A DNA stretch of 64,000 bases from assembly GCA_963736005.1 (NCBI GenBank), contig CAVTNB010000003.1, positions 352,001-416,000 on the forward strand, written 5' to 3'. This DNA is from an uncultured Pseudomonadota bacterium. Its GTDB lineage: Bacteria > Vulcanimicrobiota > Vulcanimicrobiia > Eremiobacterales > Eremiobacteraceae. A program made the position numbers and the translations under genes. Of the stretch, positions 30,017-37,939 are shown in pieces (the stretch's first letter is position 1; every line of letters starts with the position of its first letter). The notes under the pieces are model-generated. The model had not been told where the DNA came from, did not search any database, and saw nothing but the letters and a program-made list of their open reading frames with translations.

Positions 30017-30424
30017 ATGCAACCGCGTGATAAGTTTTTTAACGCCCTTTTTGCCATTCGATCGGCCGCAGAGCCGTCAGACTCCGAAGCGGTTGCGGTC
30101 GTTGCTGCCAGCGATCGACTCGACGCAGACGGTGTGGATACGCTGCGCTTGAAGCTGACGTCGTGCGCGCAAAGTGGGAGCTGGCGCTACGTCGTCGACC
30201 TCAGGCGGGTCAAGAAAATGGATTCTCTGGGGCTGGGCATGCTGGTCAGCGCACTGAGAACAATCCGAGACCTCGGCGGCGCTGTTGGCCTTGTGACGGC
30301 CTCGCCAAAACTGCAAAGCATCTTAGAACTGTGCACTCACAGTCGGTCGTGCAAGATCTACGCCCGCACAGGTGACGCTCTTGAGGCGCTGCGCAACGCG
30401 GCGCGACCAAACACCGCAGCCTAG
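30017..30424 (+). CDS. STAS-domain anti-sigma factor antagonist
   Basis: VVDLRRVKKMDSLGLGMLV. Confidence 0.85.
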   Translation: MQPRDKFFNALFAIRSAAEPSDSEAVAVVAASDRLDADGVDTLRLKLTSCAQSGSWRYVVDLRRVKKMDSLGLGMLVSALRTIRDLGGAVGLVTASPKLQSILELCTHSRSCKIYARTGDALEALRNAARPNTAA

Positions 30425-30469
30425 CCGACTCCGAAGGTCTGATTCCGGCTACCCGATAAAGAGCGACCC

Positions 30470-32452
30470 ATGCCCCGCGACATTCCGGTTGGCAACGGGT
30501 CGGTACTCATTACCTTCGACGGGCTCTATCAGCTGCGCGACATTTACTTTCCGTACGTTGGGGCAGAAAATCACAGCCCAGGCGATATTTGCCGCACAGG
30601 TATTTGGGTTGACGGGCGCTTTGCCTGGTTCTCCGATGATGCGTGGCAGCGAAACGTCGAATACGAAAAGGATTCGATCGTTAGCAACGTCACGTTGGAG
30701 AACGCTGACCTGATGCTGCGGGTGGCTTGCAATGATGCGGTTGACTTTGACCGCAACATCTTCTTTCGACGAATAACCGTTACCAATCTCGCCTTGATTG
30801 CCCGCGAGATTCGACTGTTTTTTCACTACGATCTCCACATCGAAGGCAATGAGGTGGGGGACACGTTCGCGTACCACCCGCACCTGGGCGCTTTGGTAGC
30901 GTATAAGCGGCGGCGCTATTTTCTCATGAACGGGCAAGTTGGCGATGAGACCGGCCACCATGTCGGAGTCTCATCGTGGGCTACCGGTCTGAAGGAAGTC
31001 AACGGGCTGGAAGGCACCTGGCGCGATGCCGAAGATGGGGTGCTCAGCCGGAATCCGATTGCTCAGGGTTCTGTGGATGGCACGATCGGACTGTATGCGC
31101 CAGGTATTGCCTCTTCCGAATCAGTGACCTTCTATCACTGGCTTGCGCTCGCCGAATCGTATCAAGACGTTCACGAACTCGACACGATCGTGCGCGAGAG
31201 AGGTCCCGCTCGCTTCATCGATCGGACGCGCGATTATTGGCGCTTGTGGATCAATAAAGAGCCGGTTGACTATGCCGATCTCGAAGACCGGCTCGTCGAG
31301 CAGTACAAGCGCAGCCTCTTGGTAATGCGCACGCAGATCGACAATCACGGCGCAATCATCGCGGCCAACGACACCGATATCTTGCGGTTCTCCCGCGATA
31401 CGTACTCGTACATGTGGCCGCGCGATGGTGCGCTGGTTTCAACCGCGCTCATTCGTGCTGATTATCAGGCGCTGGCAGCCAGCTTTCTCACGTTTTGTGC
31501 TAATGCGATGACCGCCGGTGGGTACTTGCTTCACAAGTACAACCCGGACGGATCCCTTGGTTCATCGTGGCATCCTTGGATGGATGGCAATGGTCGAGAA
31601 CAGCTGCCCATTCAAGAAGACGAAACGGCGCTCGTCCTCTACACCCTCTGGGAGCACTACAGAAGGTACCGCGACGTCGAGGTGATCCGACCGCTCTATC
31701 GCCAGATCATCACGGGGGCGGCAGACTTTATGTGTCGCTACCGCGATCCCGTGACGAAGCTGCCCTTGGCCTCGTACGATCTTTGGGAGGAGCGCCATGG
31801 GGTCCATGCGTTCACCGTCGGCGCCGTCTGGGCAGGGCTGCGCGCCGCCGCGCAGTTCACCGATTTGTTTGGCGAAGCGCGCCGCTCCGCGATGTACAAT
31901 ACGATCGCCGACGAAATCAGCGCCGCTGCCGGAAAGTATTTGTGGGCCGGCGATCTTGGGCGGTTTGTCCGCATGATCAACTTCAAGCCCGACGGCAGCG
32001 TGATCCGGGATGAGACCGTAGACAGCGCGCTGTTCGGATTGTGGTATTTTGGAATGTTTTCGCCGCGTGACGAACGCATTACGGCCACCGTTGCGGCGAT
32101 TCGTGACCGATTATGGCTGCGAACGGACGTGGGCGGCTGCGCGCGCTATGAGAACGACTACTATCAGCGCTATCAGGACTTACCCCCGTCGCTGCCCGGC
32201 AATCCCTGGTTTATCTGCACCCTTTGGCTCGCGCAGCACGCGATCGCATGCGCCCAGACCCGTCAGGAACTCGAGGAAGCCAAAGCGCAGATTCTTTGGG
32301 CTTGCGACCATGCGCTGCGGAGCGGCATCTTGGCAGAGCAGGCGCATCCACTGACCGGCGCACCGCTCTCGGTCTCGCCGCTCACCTGGAGTCACGCAAC
32401 TTTCTGCCTGGCATTTCAAGAATACGTGCGTCGCTGGAATGACGTGGCCTGA
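30470..32452 (+). CDS. Glycoside hydrolase family 15 (glucoamylase-like)
   Basis: GAIIAA, YSYMWPRDG, QEDET, DLWEE, RYENDYY, NPWFICTLW, LAEQ, PLTWSHA. Confidence 0.95.
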   Translation: MPRDIPVGNGSVLITFDGLYQLRDIYFPYVGAENHSPGDICRTGIWVDGRFAWFSDDAWQRNVEYEKDSIVSNVTLENADLMLRVACNDAVDFDRNIFFRRITVTNLALIAREIRLFFHYDLHIEGNEVGDTFAYHPHLGALVAYKRRRYFLMNGQVGDETGHHVGVSSWATGLKEVNGLEGTWRDAEDGVLSRNPIAQGSVDGTIGLYAPGIASSESVTFYHWLALAESYQDVHELDTIVRERGPARFIDRTRDYWRLWINKEPVDYADLEDRLVEQYKRSLLVMRTQIDNHGAIIAANDTDILRFSRDTYSYMWPRDGALVSTALIRADYQALAASFLTFCANAMTAGGYLLHKYNPDGSLGSSWHPWMDGNGREQLPIQEDETALVLYTLWEHYRRYRDVEVIRPLYRQIITGAADFMCRYRDPVTKLPLASYDLWEERHGVHAFTVGAVWAGLRAAAQFTDLFGEARRSAMYNTIADEISAAAGKYLWAGDLGRFVRMINFKPDGSVIRDETVDSALFGLWYFGMFSPRDERITATVAAIRDRLWLRTDVGGCARYENDYYQRYQDLPPSLPGNPWFICTLWLAQHAIACAQTRQELEEAKAQILWACDHALRSGILAEQAHPLTGAPLSVSPLTWSHATFCLAFQEYVRRWNDVA

Positions 32453-32454
32453 AA

Positions 32455-32507
32455 ACGGACCTAAAGGTCCGCTGCTACATTCGATCTAGAATCCAATCGC
32501 CCCCTAC
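32455..32507. repeat. Family-C REP plus partial family-A REP between convergent genes
   Basis: cggacctaaaggtccgctgctac ... tccaatcgcccctac. Confidence 0.75.
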
Positions 32508-32932
32508 AGGCGCCTGTAGGTTGGGCCTGACACCATCGGTGCGCTAGGTTGAAAATCCATGAGCACCGACACCACCGTGAGCTCGAACGTTTGAAATTCA
32601 TGACCCTTTGAATCCGCATGAGGGCGTGGTGGATCTTGAGATCCGCCAACAGTACCGCGTATGCAATACGCCGCGGCATCGAGCACGTACCAAAGAGCGC
32701 CTGTACCCGAGCGCGTCAAATTTGCACCAGTAGTTGAATCGGCGTGCACGGCAAACTCGAGGTGCGACGCGTCTTTGACGCGCAGTTCAGGGGCGCCGAG
32801 GACCGCGACGCGAGAGTGTCCATCAGCATCTGTCGTCAACAGCAGTACAGCTTTGGGCGCTCCGCCCGTTGGATGCGCGCCCAGTTCGAACTGAAGCGGC
32901 GGCGGTAGTTGCGATCCAATTTCTTGCGACAT
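32504..32932 (-). CDS. Pyridoxamine 5'-phosphate oxidase-like FMN-binding split-barrel protein
   Basis: LLTTDADGHSRVAVL, STTGANLTRSG, AYCIRG pattern. Confidence 0.65.
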   Translation of the reverse strand: MSQEIGSQLPPPLQFELGAHPTGGAPKAVLLLTTDADGHSRVAVLGAPELRVKDASHLEFAVHADSTTGANLTRSGTGALWYVLDAAAYCIRGTVGGSQDPPRPHADSKGHEFQTFELTVVSVLMDFQPSAPMVSGPTYRRL

Positions 32933-32944
32933 CTCTGACCCCTT

Positions 32945-32969
32945 CGCGCGAATGAATTCGCGCGACTAC
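32945..32969 (-). repeat. Family-B REP-like palindrome
   Basis: cgcgcgaatgaattcgcgcgactac. Confidence 0.85.
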
Positions 32970-32970
32970 T

Positions 32971-33177
32971 TTAGATTTTTTTGCGAATAAAGCGCTCTAA
33001 CACGTATTGAGCAATTTGCCTCGCCGCTTGCGTCGAGTAGTAGGCGAACTGCCGCGGAGAAGTCGCCGTCTTCCCCATAGCCACGTCGATAATGCCTCGC
33101 GCGAACGTCTCGAGTTCGTCATCTCGTTCGAGTTGATACGGATTCTTTGGTTGCTGGGATTGCGGACCCTCGCTCAT
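32971..33177 (-). CDS. Small hypothetical protein (68 aa)
   Basis: MSEGPQSQQPKNPYQLERDDELETFARGIIDVAM...; ATGA overlap with the MBL gene stop. Confidence 0.65.
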   Translation of the reverse strand: MSEGPQSQQPKNPYQLERDDELETFARGIIDVAMGKTATSPRQFAYYSTQAARQIAQYVLERFIRKKI

Positions 33178-33812
33178 GTTTGTTGCACGATGAAGGGGTT
33201 CGAGCGTCGTTCGTTGCCGATCGTTGTTTGCGGACCGTGGCCTGGAATGACGGTGACATTGTCTTCGAAGGCAAGGAGCTTGGAGCGGATGGACTGCATG
33301 ATCTGGGTGAACGAACCACCCCATAAATCCGTTCGTCCTATGCCGCCGGCGAAGAGCGTGTCGCCCGATAAGATGATCGGCTCGCGTTCTTCGATGACAA
33401 AACTGACGCTGCCCGGCGTGTGGCCCGGCGTGTGAACGGCGCGCAGCGCGTGGCGCCCAAATTGCAGAGGTTGGCTTTCGCGAAGATAGCTGTCGACGTC
33501 CGCCGTTGTAGGCGTGGGAACGCCAAGCCACGCCGCTTGCTCGGCGATGTTTTTGTAAAGAGGTATGTCGGCCTCGTGCATCATGATCGGCGCGCCGGTC
33601 CGCTCCTTGAGATCGGCAAGTGCTGCAACGTGATCGATATGTGCATGCGTTGCGACAATCGCGGCGAGCTTTAGATCGTGCTTGCGCAGGGCTTGATAGA
33701 TGTTTTCCACGTCACCCCCCGGATCCACCACAATCCCTGTTTTTGTCGCTTCATCGCCCAGAATGATGCAGTTGCAGGCTATCGGACCGACGGGGAAATA
33801 TCGCAAAATCAT
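33174..33812 (-). CDS. MBL-fold metallo-hydrolase (glyoxalase II/YcbL-like)
   Basis: VDPGG, THAHIDH, TPGHTPG, SGDTLF..IGRTD, PGHG. Confidence 0.93.
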   Translation of the reverse strand: MILRYFPVGPIACNCIILGDEATKTGIVVDPGGDVENIYQALRKHDLKLAAIVATHAHIDHVAALADLKERTGAPIMMHEADIPLYKNIAEQAAWLGVPTPTTADVDSYLRESQPLQFGRHALRAVHTPGHTPGSVSFVIEEREPIILSGDTLFAGGIGRTDLWGGSFTQIMQSIRSKLLAFEDNVTVIPGHGPQTTIGNERRSNPFIVQQT

Positions 33813-33915
33813 ATGCGGCTGCAAGCTTAGTGCGCGTTGCAAAGCCACCCTGCCCGCGGGCTCGGAGGTTTGCGGGTACGGCCCTGTCAAAACGCACATT
33901 GTTTTGGACGCTCAC

Positions 33916-35013
33916 ATGATACGCACGGTTGCAAGCGGCCTCGATCGCAAGCTTTTGGATTTCATCTCTAGTCCGGATGCCGGCGAGGCCGAATTCGAGC
34001 AGCTGGCGCTGGAGCTGTTTGCCTACCAGTACTCGGCAAATCAACCATATCGCAATCTGTGCGATCAACGCAACCGCACGCCGGAGCTCGTTCGCCGCTG
34101 GACCCACATTCCCGCGCTCTCAGCAGCGTCCTTCGCCGACGCTCGCATCGCTTGCTTTCCGCCCGAGCGCGCGCGCTTGCGTTTCGTTTCCAGCGGCACA
34201 ACGAGCGAGGGAGAGCGAGCGTCGGTGCACGAGCTTGAGAACGCCGTGCTGTACGATGCTTCGCTTGCGAATCATTTCCGGCGATGCGTTCTGCCAGATC
34301 GCGAAAAGATCGAGATGCTGCTGCTCTCCCCTTCCTTTGAAGACGCGCCTCAGTCGTCGCTTGCCTACATGCTTTCCCGCCTCTACGAACGATACGCAAG
34401 CGGCGGTGACTTCTTCGTTCGGCACGGCAGTCTCGACTCGCAGGGGATCGCCAGCACGTTGCGCTCGGCTCGCGAGCCCGTGCTCCTTTTCGGCACGGCA
34501 TTTGCCTTCGTTCATTTCTTCGACTATTGCGACGCCGCTCGCCTCAAGTTCCAGGTTCCCCCGGGTAGTCGCATCGTCGAAACAGGCGGCTTCAAGGGAA
34601 AATCTCGATCGATCGAACGAGATGAATTTCATCGGGTACTCTCGTCGACATTTGGCATTTCGCCAGAGTGGTGCATTTCCGAGTACGGCATGTGCGAGCT
34701 CGGCAGTCAATGGTATGACGCGAGTCTGAGCGACAAGCTCGCGGGTCGTCCGCCGCGCCTGGCGTTCAAAGTCGGGCCCCATTGGACTCGGCACCTGGTC
34801 GTCGATCCTGTTAGCGCGGAGCCGCTGCCCGAAGGCTCCGTAGGATTGCTCCAAGTATTCGATTTGAGCAATCGAGGATCGGTGGCAGCAGTGCTCACAG
34901 GCGATCTGGTCAGGGGCGAAGGCGAGGGCTTTACGTACGTAAGCCGCTCGCAGGCCGCTCCGCCAAAGGGTTGCAGCATCACCGTCGATTCGATGCTTCG
35001 GTCTCATGCCTAA
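33916..35013 (+). CDS. LuxE-like acyl-protein synthetase
   Basis: FAYQY..N..Y, FVSSGTT, ETGGFKG, SEYGMCEL, LTGDL, C-terminal KGCS. Confidence 0.85.
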   Translation: MIRTVASGLDRKLLDFISSPDAGEAEFEQLALELFAYQYSANQPYRNLCDQRNRTPELVRRWTHIPALSAASFADARIACFPPERARLRFVSSGTTSEGERASVHELENAVLYDASLANHFRRCVLPDREKIEMLLLSPSFEDAPQSSLAYMLSRLYERYASGGDFFVRHGSLDSQGIASTLRSAREPVLLFGTAFAFVHFFDYCDAARLKFQVPPGSRIVETGGFKGKSRSIERDEFHRVLSSTFGISPEWCISEYGMCELGSQWYDASLSDKLAGRPPRLAFKVGPHWTRHLVVDPVSAEPLPEGSVGLLQVFDLSNRGSVAAVLTGDLVRGEGEGFTYVSRSQAAPPKGCSITVDSMLRSHA

Positions 35014-36211
35014 CGCCCAACCAATTGCCAGTGCCCGCACAACGGCGCTGTTGGCAGGAGCGGCGCAATGGCGCCATCGGAATTCCCACGTCCGCATCGC
35101 AGCGCGCGAAGCGCTGCGCGACGGGGAGTGGCCTGCCCAAGTCGTCGAGCTGGCACTCGACAACGTCCTGCTCGATGACCAAGTGCTGAGCGAATACGGC
35201 AGCGGACCTGGCAGCAGCGGACTCTGTAGCAGTGGACCTGTAGTGGGCGACTGTCAAGTCGCCCGCCGAAACTCAATGCTTGCCATCCTCCCAGGCAACG
35301 TCTTGGGCCCGGCGATTGCCACGGCATATTGCGCCGCCGCGGCGGGCGCGACCATCATGCTCAAGTCTTCGAGCCGAGAACTGTGCCTTGCGAATATCGT
35401 CGCAGAACAATTCGAATCGCTCGGTCCGCCAATCGCAGGCACGCTGAAGGCGCTGCGATGGACCGGAGGTGACGAGGATTTCGAATCTAAGATTTTTCCG
35501 CTAGCTTCCCGGATTATCGTTTTTGGCGACGACGCAACAATCGCCGACGTCAAGCGTCGTGCCCCCAGCAACGTCACCGTTGTGGGGTACGGCAGCGCCT
35601 ACAGCCTCGGCTACGTTCCGGCCGGCAGCGACATGGCTGCTGCTGCCAAGGCCGCCGCAACGGACGTCGCATTGTTCGATCAGCGTGGATGCCTCTCACC
35701 GCAAACGATCTATGTCGAGGGCGACGATTCAAAGGCGATCCTGTTCGCGCATGCGTTGAGCGGCGCTCTGGCCCGGGTTGGCCGTGCTCTTCCGCGTGGG
35801 CAGGCGGGCGGCGCCGAAAAGGCGGCGGTCGCGGAGTTCATACGGCGGCTCATGGTGAGAGCACTCGCTCCCAAGACGCATGCTCTCGACACGGTGATCG
35901 TCGGACCCGATATTGATGGAATCCCCGAATTTGTCGTTGGTGCTGAAGCGTTCTCCGCGCCGACGTGCGCCGGATTCGGAAGAATCGTGGTGGTGAAGCC
36001 GGTCCACAGCCCCTCCGACGCTGCTGGAGCTGCAAAGACCTTGGGTCATCGTCTGGACTCGATCGGCGTCGCTTCGGCGTTGAGCCCGCAACTCCGCGGC
36101 GCATTCGCCAACTGCGGTGCGTCCCGCCTTTGCTCGCTGGGAGAGATGCAGCGTCCGCCACTTGGCTATCGCCCGAAGATATCGGACTTCGCGCTCGAGG
36201 ACTCCGAATGA
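35006..36211 (+). CDS. LuxC-like acyl-CoA reductase
   Basis: ILPGNV, LKSSS, WTGGD, VFGDDATI, DVALFDQRGCLSPQ (catalytic Cys region), GASRLCSLGEMQRP. Confidence 0.82.
   Translation: MPNAQPIASARTTALLAGAAQWRHRNSHVRIAAREALRDGEWPAQVVELALDNVLLDDQVLSEYGSGPGSSGLCSSGPVVGDCQVARRNSMLAILPGNVLGPAIATAYCAAAAGATIMLKSSSRELCLANIVAEQFESLGPPIAGTLKALRWTGGDEDFESKIFPLASRIIVFGDDATIADVKRRAPSNVTVVGYGSAYSLGYVPAGSDMAAAAKAAATDVALFDQRGCLSPQTIYVEGDDSKAILFAHALSGALARVGRALPRGQAGGAEKAAVAEFIRRLMVRALAPKTHALDTVIVGPDIDGIPEFVVGAEAFSAPTCAGFGRIVVVKPVHSPSDAAGAAKTLGHRLDSIGVASALSPQLRGAFANCGASRLCSLGEMQRPPLGYRPKISDFALEDSE
35199..35264 (+). repeat. REP-derived in-frame insertion inside the luxC-like CDS
   Basis: Three truncated family-C units (gcagcggacct; gcagcagcggactct; gtagcagtggacct) plus a full family-D unit gtagtgggcgactgtcaagtcgccc. 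Confidence 0.75.
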
Positions 36212-37572
36212 GCGCTCGAACGTTCGGAACGCAACCGGGCAAGATCAAAGTCAAGCCGCCAGGTCCAAAGAGTCGGCGTCTGACCGTGGAGCTGCGTCGC
36301 TACGAAAGCCGCAACGTCACCTTCGTTAACAAAGACTTTCCTATCTTTTTCTCCCAAGCAGCCGGTGCGAATGTCGTTGACGTTGACGAGAACGTTTACG
36401 TGGACCTCACCGGCTTTTTTGGCGTGGCGGCGACAGGCCACAGCAACGAGCGCGTGGCCGACGCGATTGGGAACCAAGCTCATCGCTTGCTCCATGGCAT
36501 GGGCGATGTGTATCCGACGGAGAGCAAAGTTGCGCTGGCGCGCGAGCTGTGCAAACTGACGCCGGGCAAAGGGAACAAGCGGGTCATCTTTGCCTCAACC
36601 GGGGCTGAGGCAGTTGAATCCGCGTTGAAGACAGCGGCGATTGCCACCGGCAAGCCCGGTGTCTTGTGTTTCACGGGTGCGTACCACGGCCTCACCTACG
36701 GGGCGCTTTCGGTTACGGACCGGGATTTGTTCCGCGCTCCGTTCTCCGATCAGCTCGGCCATTTCAGCCACAGAGTGGACTTTCCGTATTGTTACCGCTG
36801 CCCGCTGGGGCTCCGGTATCCATCGTGTAAGGTTGCGTGCCTTGACTTCGTTCGCAGCGCGCTCGAAAGGTTGGGCCCTTCTGAGATCGGAGCGGTCATC
36901 GTTGAGCCCATGCAAGGGCGGGGTGGGGAGATTCCTGCGCCGGACCAATGGCTACAAGAGCTGCGAACGTTCTGCGACGAGCAAGGCCTGCTGCTCATCT
37001 GCGACGAGATTTTCTCCGGGTTTGGACGTACCGGACGCTGGTTTGCCTGCGAACACGCCGGTATCGTGCCGGACATCATCTGTGTCGGCAAAGGCCTCTC
37101 ATCTGGATTTCCGATCTCCGCCTGCATCGGTAAGGCGGAGATCATGGATCGTTGGCCCGCATCGGAAGGCGAGGCAATACACACGAGCACGTTCCTCGGG
37201 CATCCTACCGGCTGCATGGCGGCGCTCGCGTCGATTGCAGAAGTGCAAGAACACAGACTCGTTGCACGAGCAGCAAAACTCGAGGGATCCGTGCGCGAGA
37301 TGCTTGTGAAGCTACAGAAAGAAAGCAAGGGGAAAATTGGCGATGTGCGCGGGCTCGGGCTCATGTGGGGGCTCGAGTGCATCAAGCGCGATGGCTCGCC
37401 CGATAAGGATCTCGCCCTCCACGTCCTGCGGGATGCGATGCAGCAGGGTGTGCTTATCTTGACCAGCGGACCTCAGGGCAACGTTCTGTCAATAACCCCT
37501 CCGCTTGTCATCACGACGGATCAGCTCGCGTTTGCGATCGACATCCTTGCAAATGCAATCAAAAAGGCCTGA
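36208..37572 (+). CDS. Class III PLP-dependent aminotransferase (GabT/ArgD superfamily)
   Basis: TGAEAVE, AYHG, VEPMQG, DEIFSGFGRTG, PDIICVGKGL, HTSTFLG, VRGLGLM; ATGA overlap with luxC. Confidence 0.93.
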   Translation: MSARTFGTQPGKIKVKPPGPKSRRLTVELRRYESRNVTFVNKDFPIFFSQAAGANVVDVDENVYVDLTGFFGVAATGHSNERVADAIGNQAHRLLHGMGDVYPTESKVALARELCKLTPGKGNKRVIFASTGAEAVESALKTAAIATGKPGVLCFTGAYHGLTYGALSVTDRDLFRAPFSDQLGHFSHRVDFPYCYRCPLGLRYPSCKVACLDFVRSALERLGPSEIGAVIVEPMQGRGGEIPAPDQWLQELRTFCDEQGLLLICDEIFSGFGRTGRWFACEHAGIVPDIICVGKGLSSGFPISACIGKAEIMDRWPASEGEAIHTSTFLGHPTGCMAALASIAEVQEHRLVARAAKLEGSVREMLVKLQKESKGKIGDVRGLGLMWGLECIKRDGSPDKDLALHVLRDAMQQGVLILTSGPQGNVLSITPPLVITTDQLAFAIDILANAIKKA

Positions 37573-37582
37573 GCACTCAGCG

Positions 37583-37611
37583 TTATCCACAACAATCAAA
37601 TGCTATCCACA
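37583..37611 (+). promoter_or_regulatory. Two DnaA-box-like sites in direct orientation
   Basis: TTATCCACA (37583-37591, consensus) and CTATCCACA (37603-37611). Confidence 0.6.
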
Positions 37612-37641
37612 ATTTTCTTTCAAAAGCGAACAACCGTTCAC

Positions 37642-37670
37642 TTGCACAATGGGAGTGCATTGAGTATACT
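37642..37670 (+). promoter_or_regulatory. Sigma70-type promoter
   Basis: TTGCAC-17 nt-TATACT. Confidence 0.7.
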
Positions 37671-37676
37671 GCCACT

Positions 37677-37927
37677 ACACCGACCGCGGTGCCGAGTGAA
37701 GTCAGCAACAACGGATGCCACGATTCGAAGCGTGGAGAGCTGAAGTCCTCGGAGATGGTACCCCTACCGTTGGGGACCCGGCTCACGCTGGGGGATGGCT
37801 CTGGGGATCGCGTCCCAGTTAAGCCCTACAACCGAACCTACTGACTAGAGAGTAAGGATCGGAAGGTACGGCGAAAATGTCATCGACCTAACAGTCAACG
37901 ACCGAGCTCCGCTCGGTCGTTACTGTT
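37677..37927 (+). ncRNA. Candidate stand-alone structured non-coding RNA, family unassigned
   Basis: Own promoter and terminal hairpin, no downstream plus-strand gene, many complementary segments (AGTCAG/CTGACT, CAACGG/CCGTTG, CCACG/CGTGG, CTGGG/CCCAG). Confidence 0.55.
37890..37927. terminator. Long hairpin, probable bidirectional terminator
   Basis: aacagt-c-aacgaccgagc-tcc-gctcggtcgtt-actgtt. Confidence 0.7.
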
Positions 37928-37939
37928 GTGGGGGTCCTT

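Noticed and set aside
33916..36211. Bioluminescence operon
   Set aside because: No luxA, luxB, luxD or luxG in the window
37583..37640. Replication origin oriC
   Set aside because: Only two DnaA-like boxes, a short AT-rich patch and no dnaA/dnaN/gyrB context
37677..37890. Assignment as RNase P, tmRNA, SRP RNA or c-di-AMP riboswitch
   Set aside because: Signature motifs (GAGGAAAGUCC, tRNA-like ends, SRP domain IV) are absent; the c-di-AMP similarity is only superficial and there is no downstream gene
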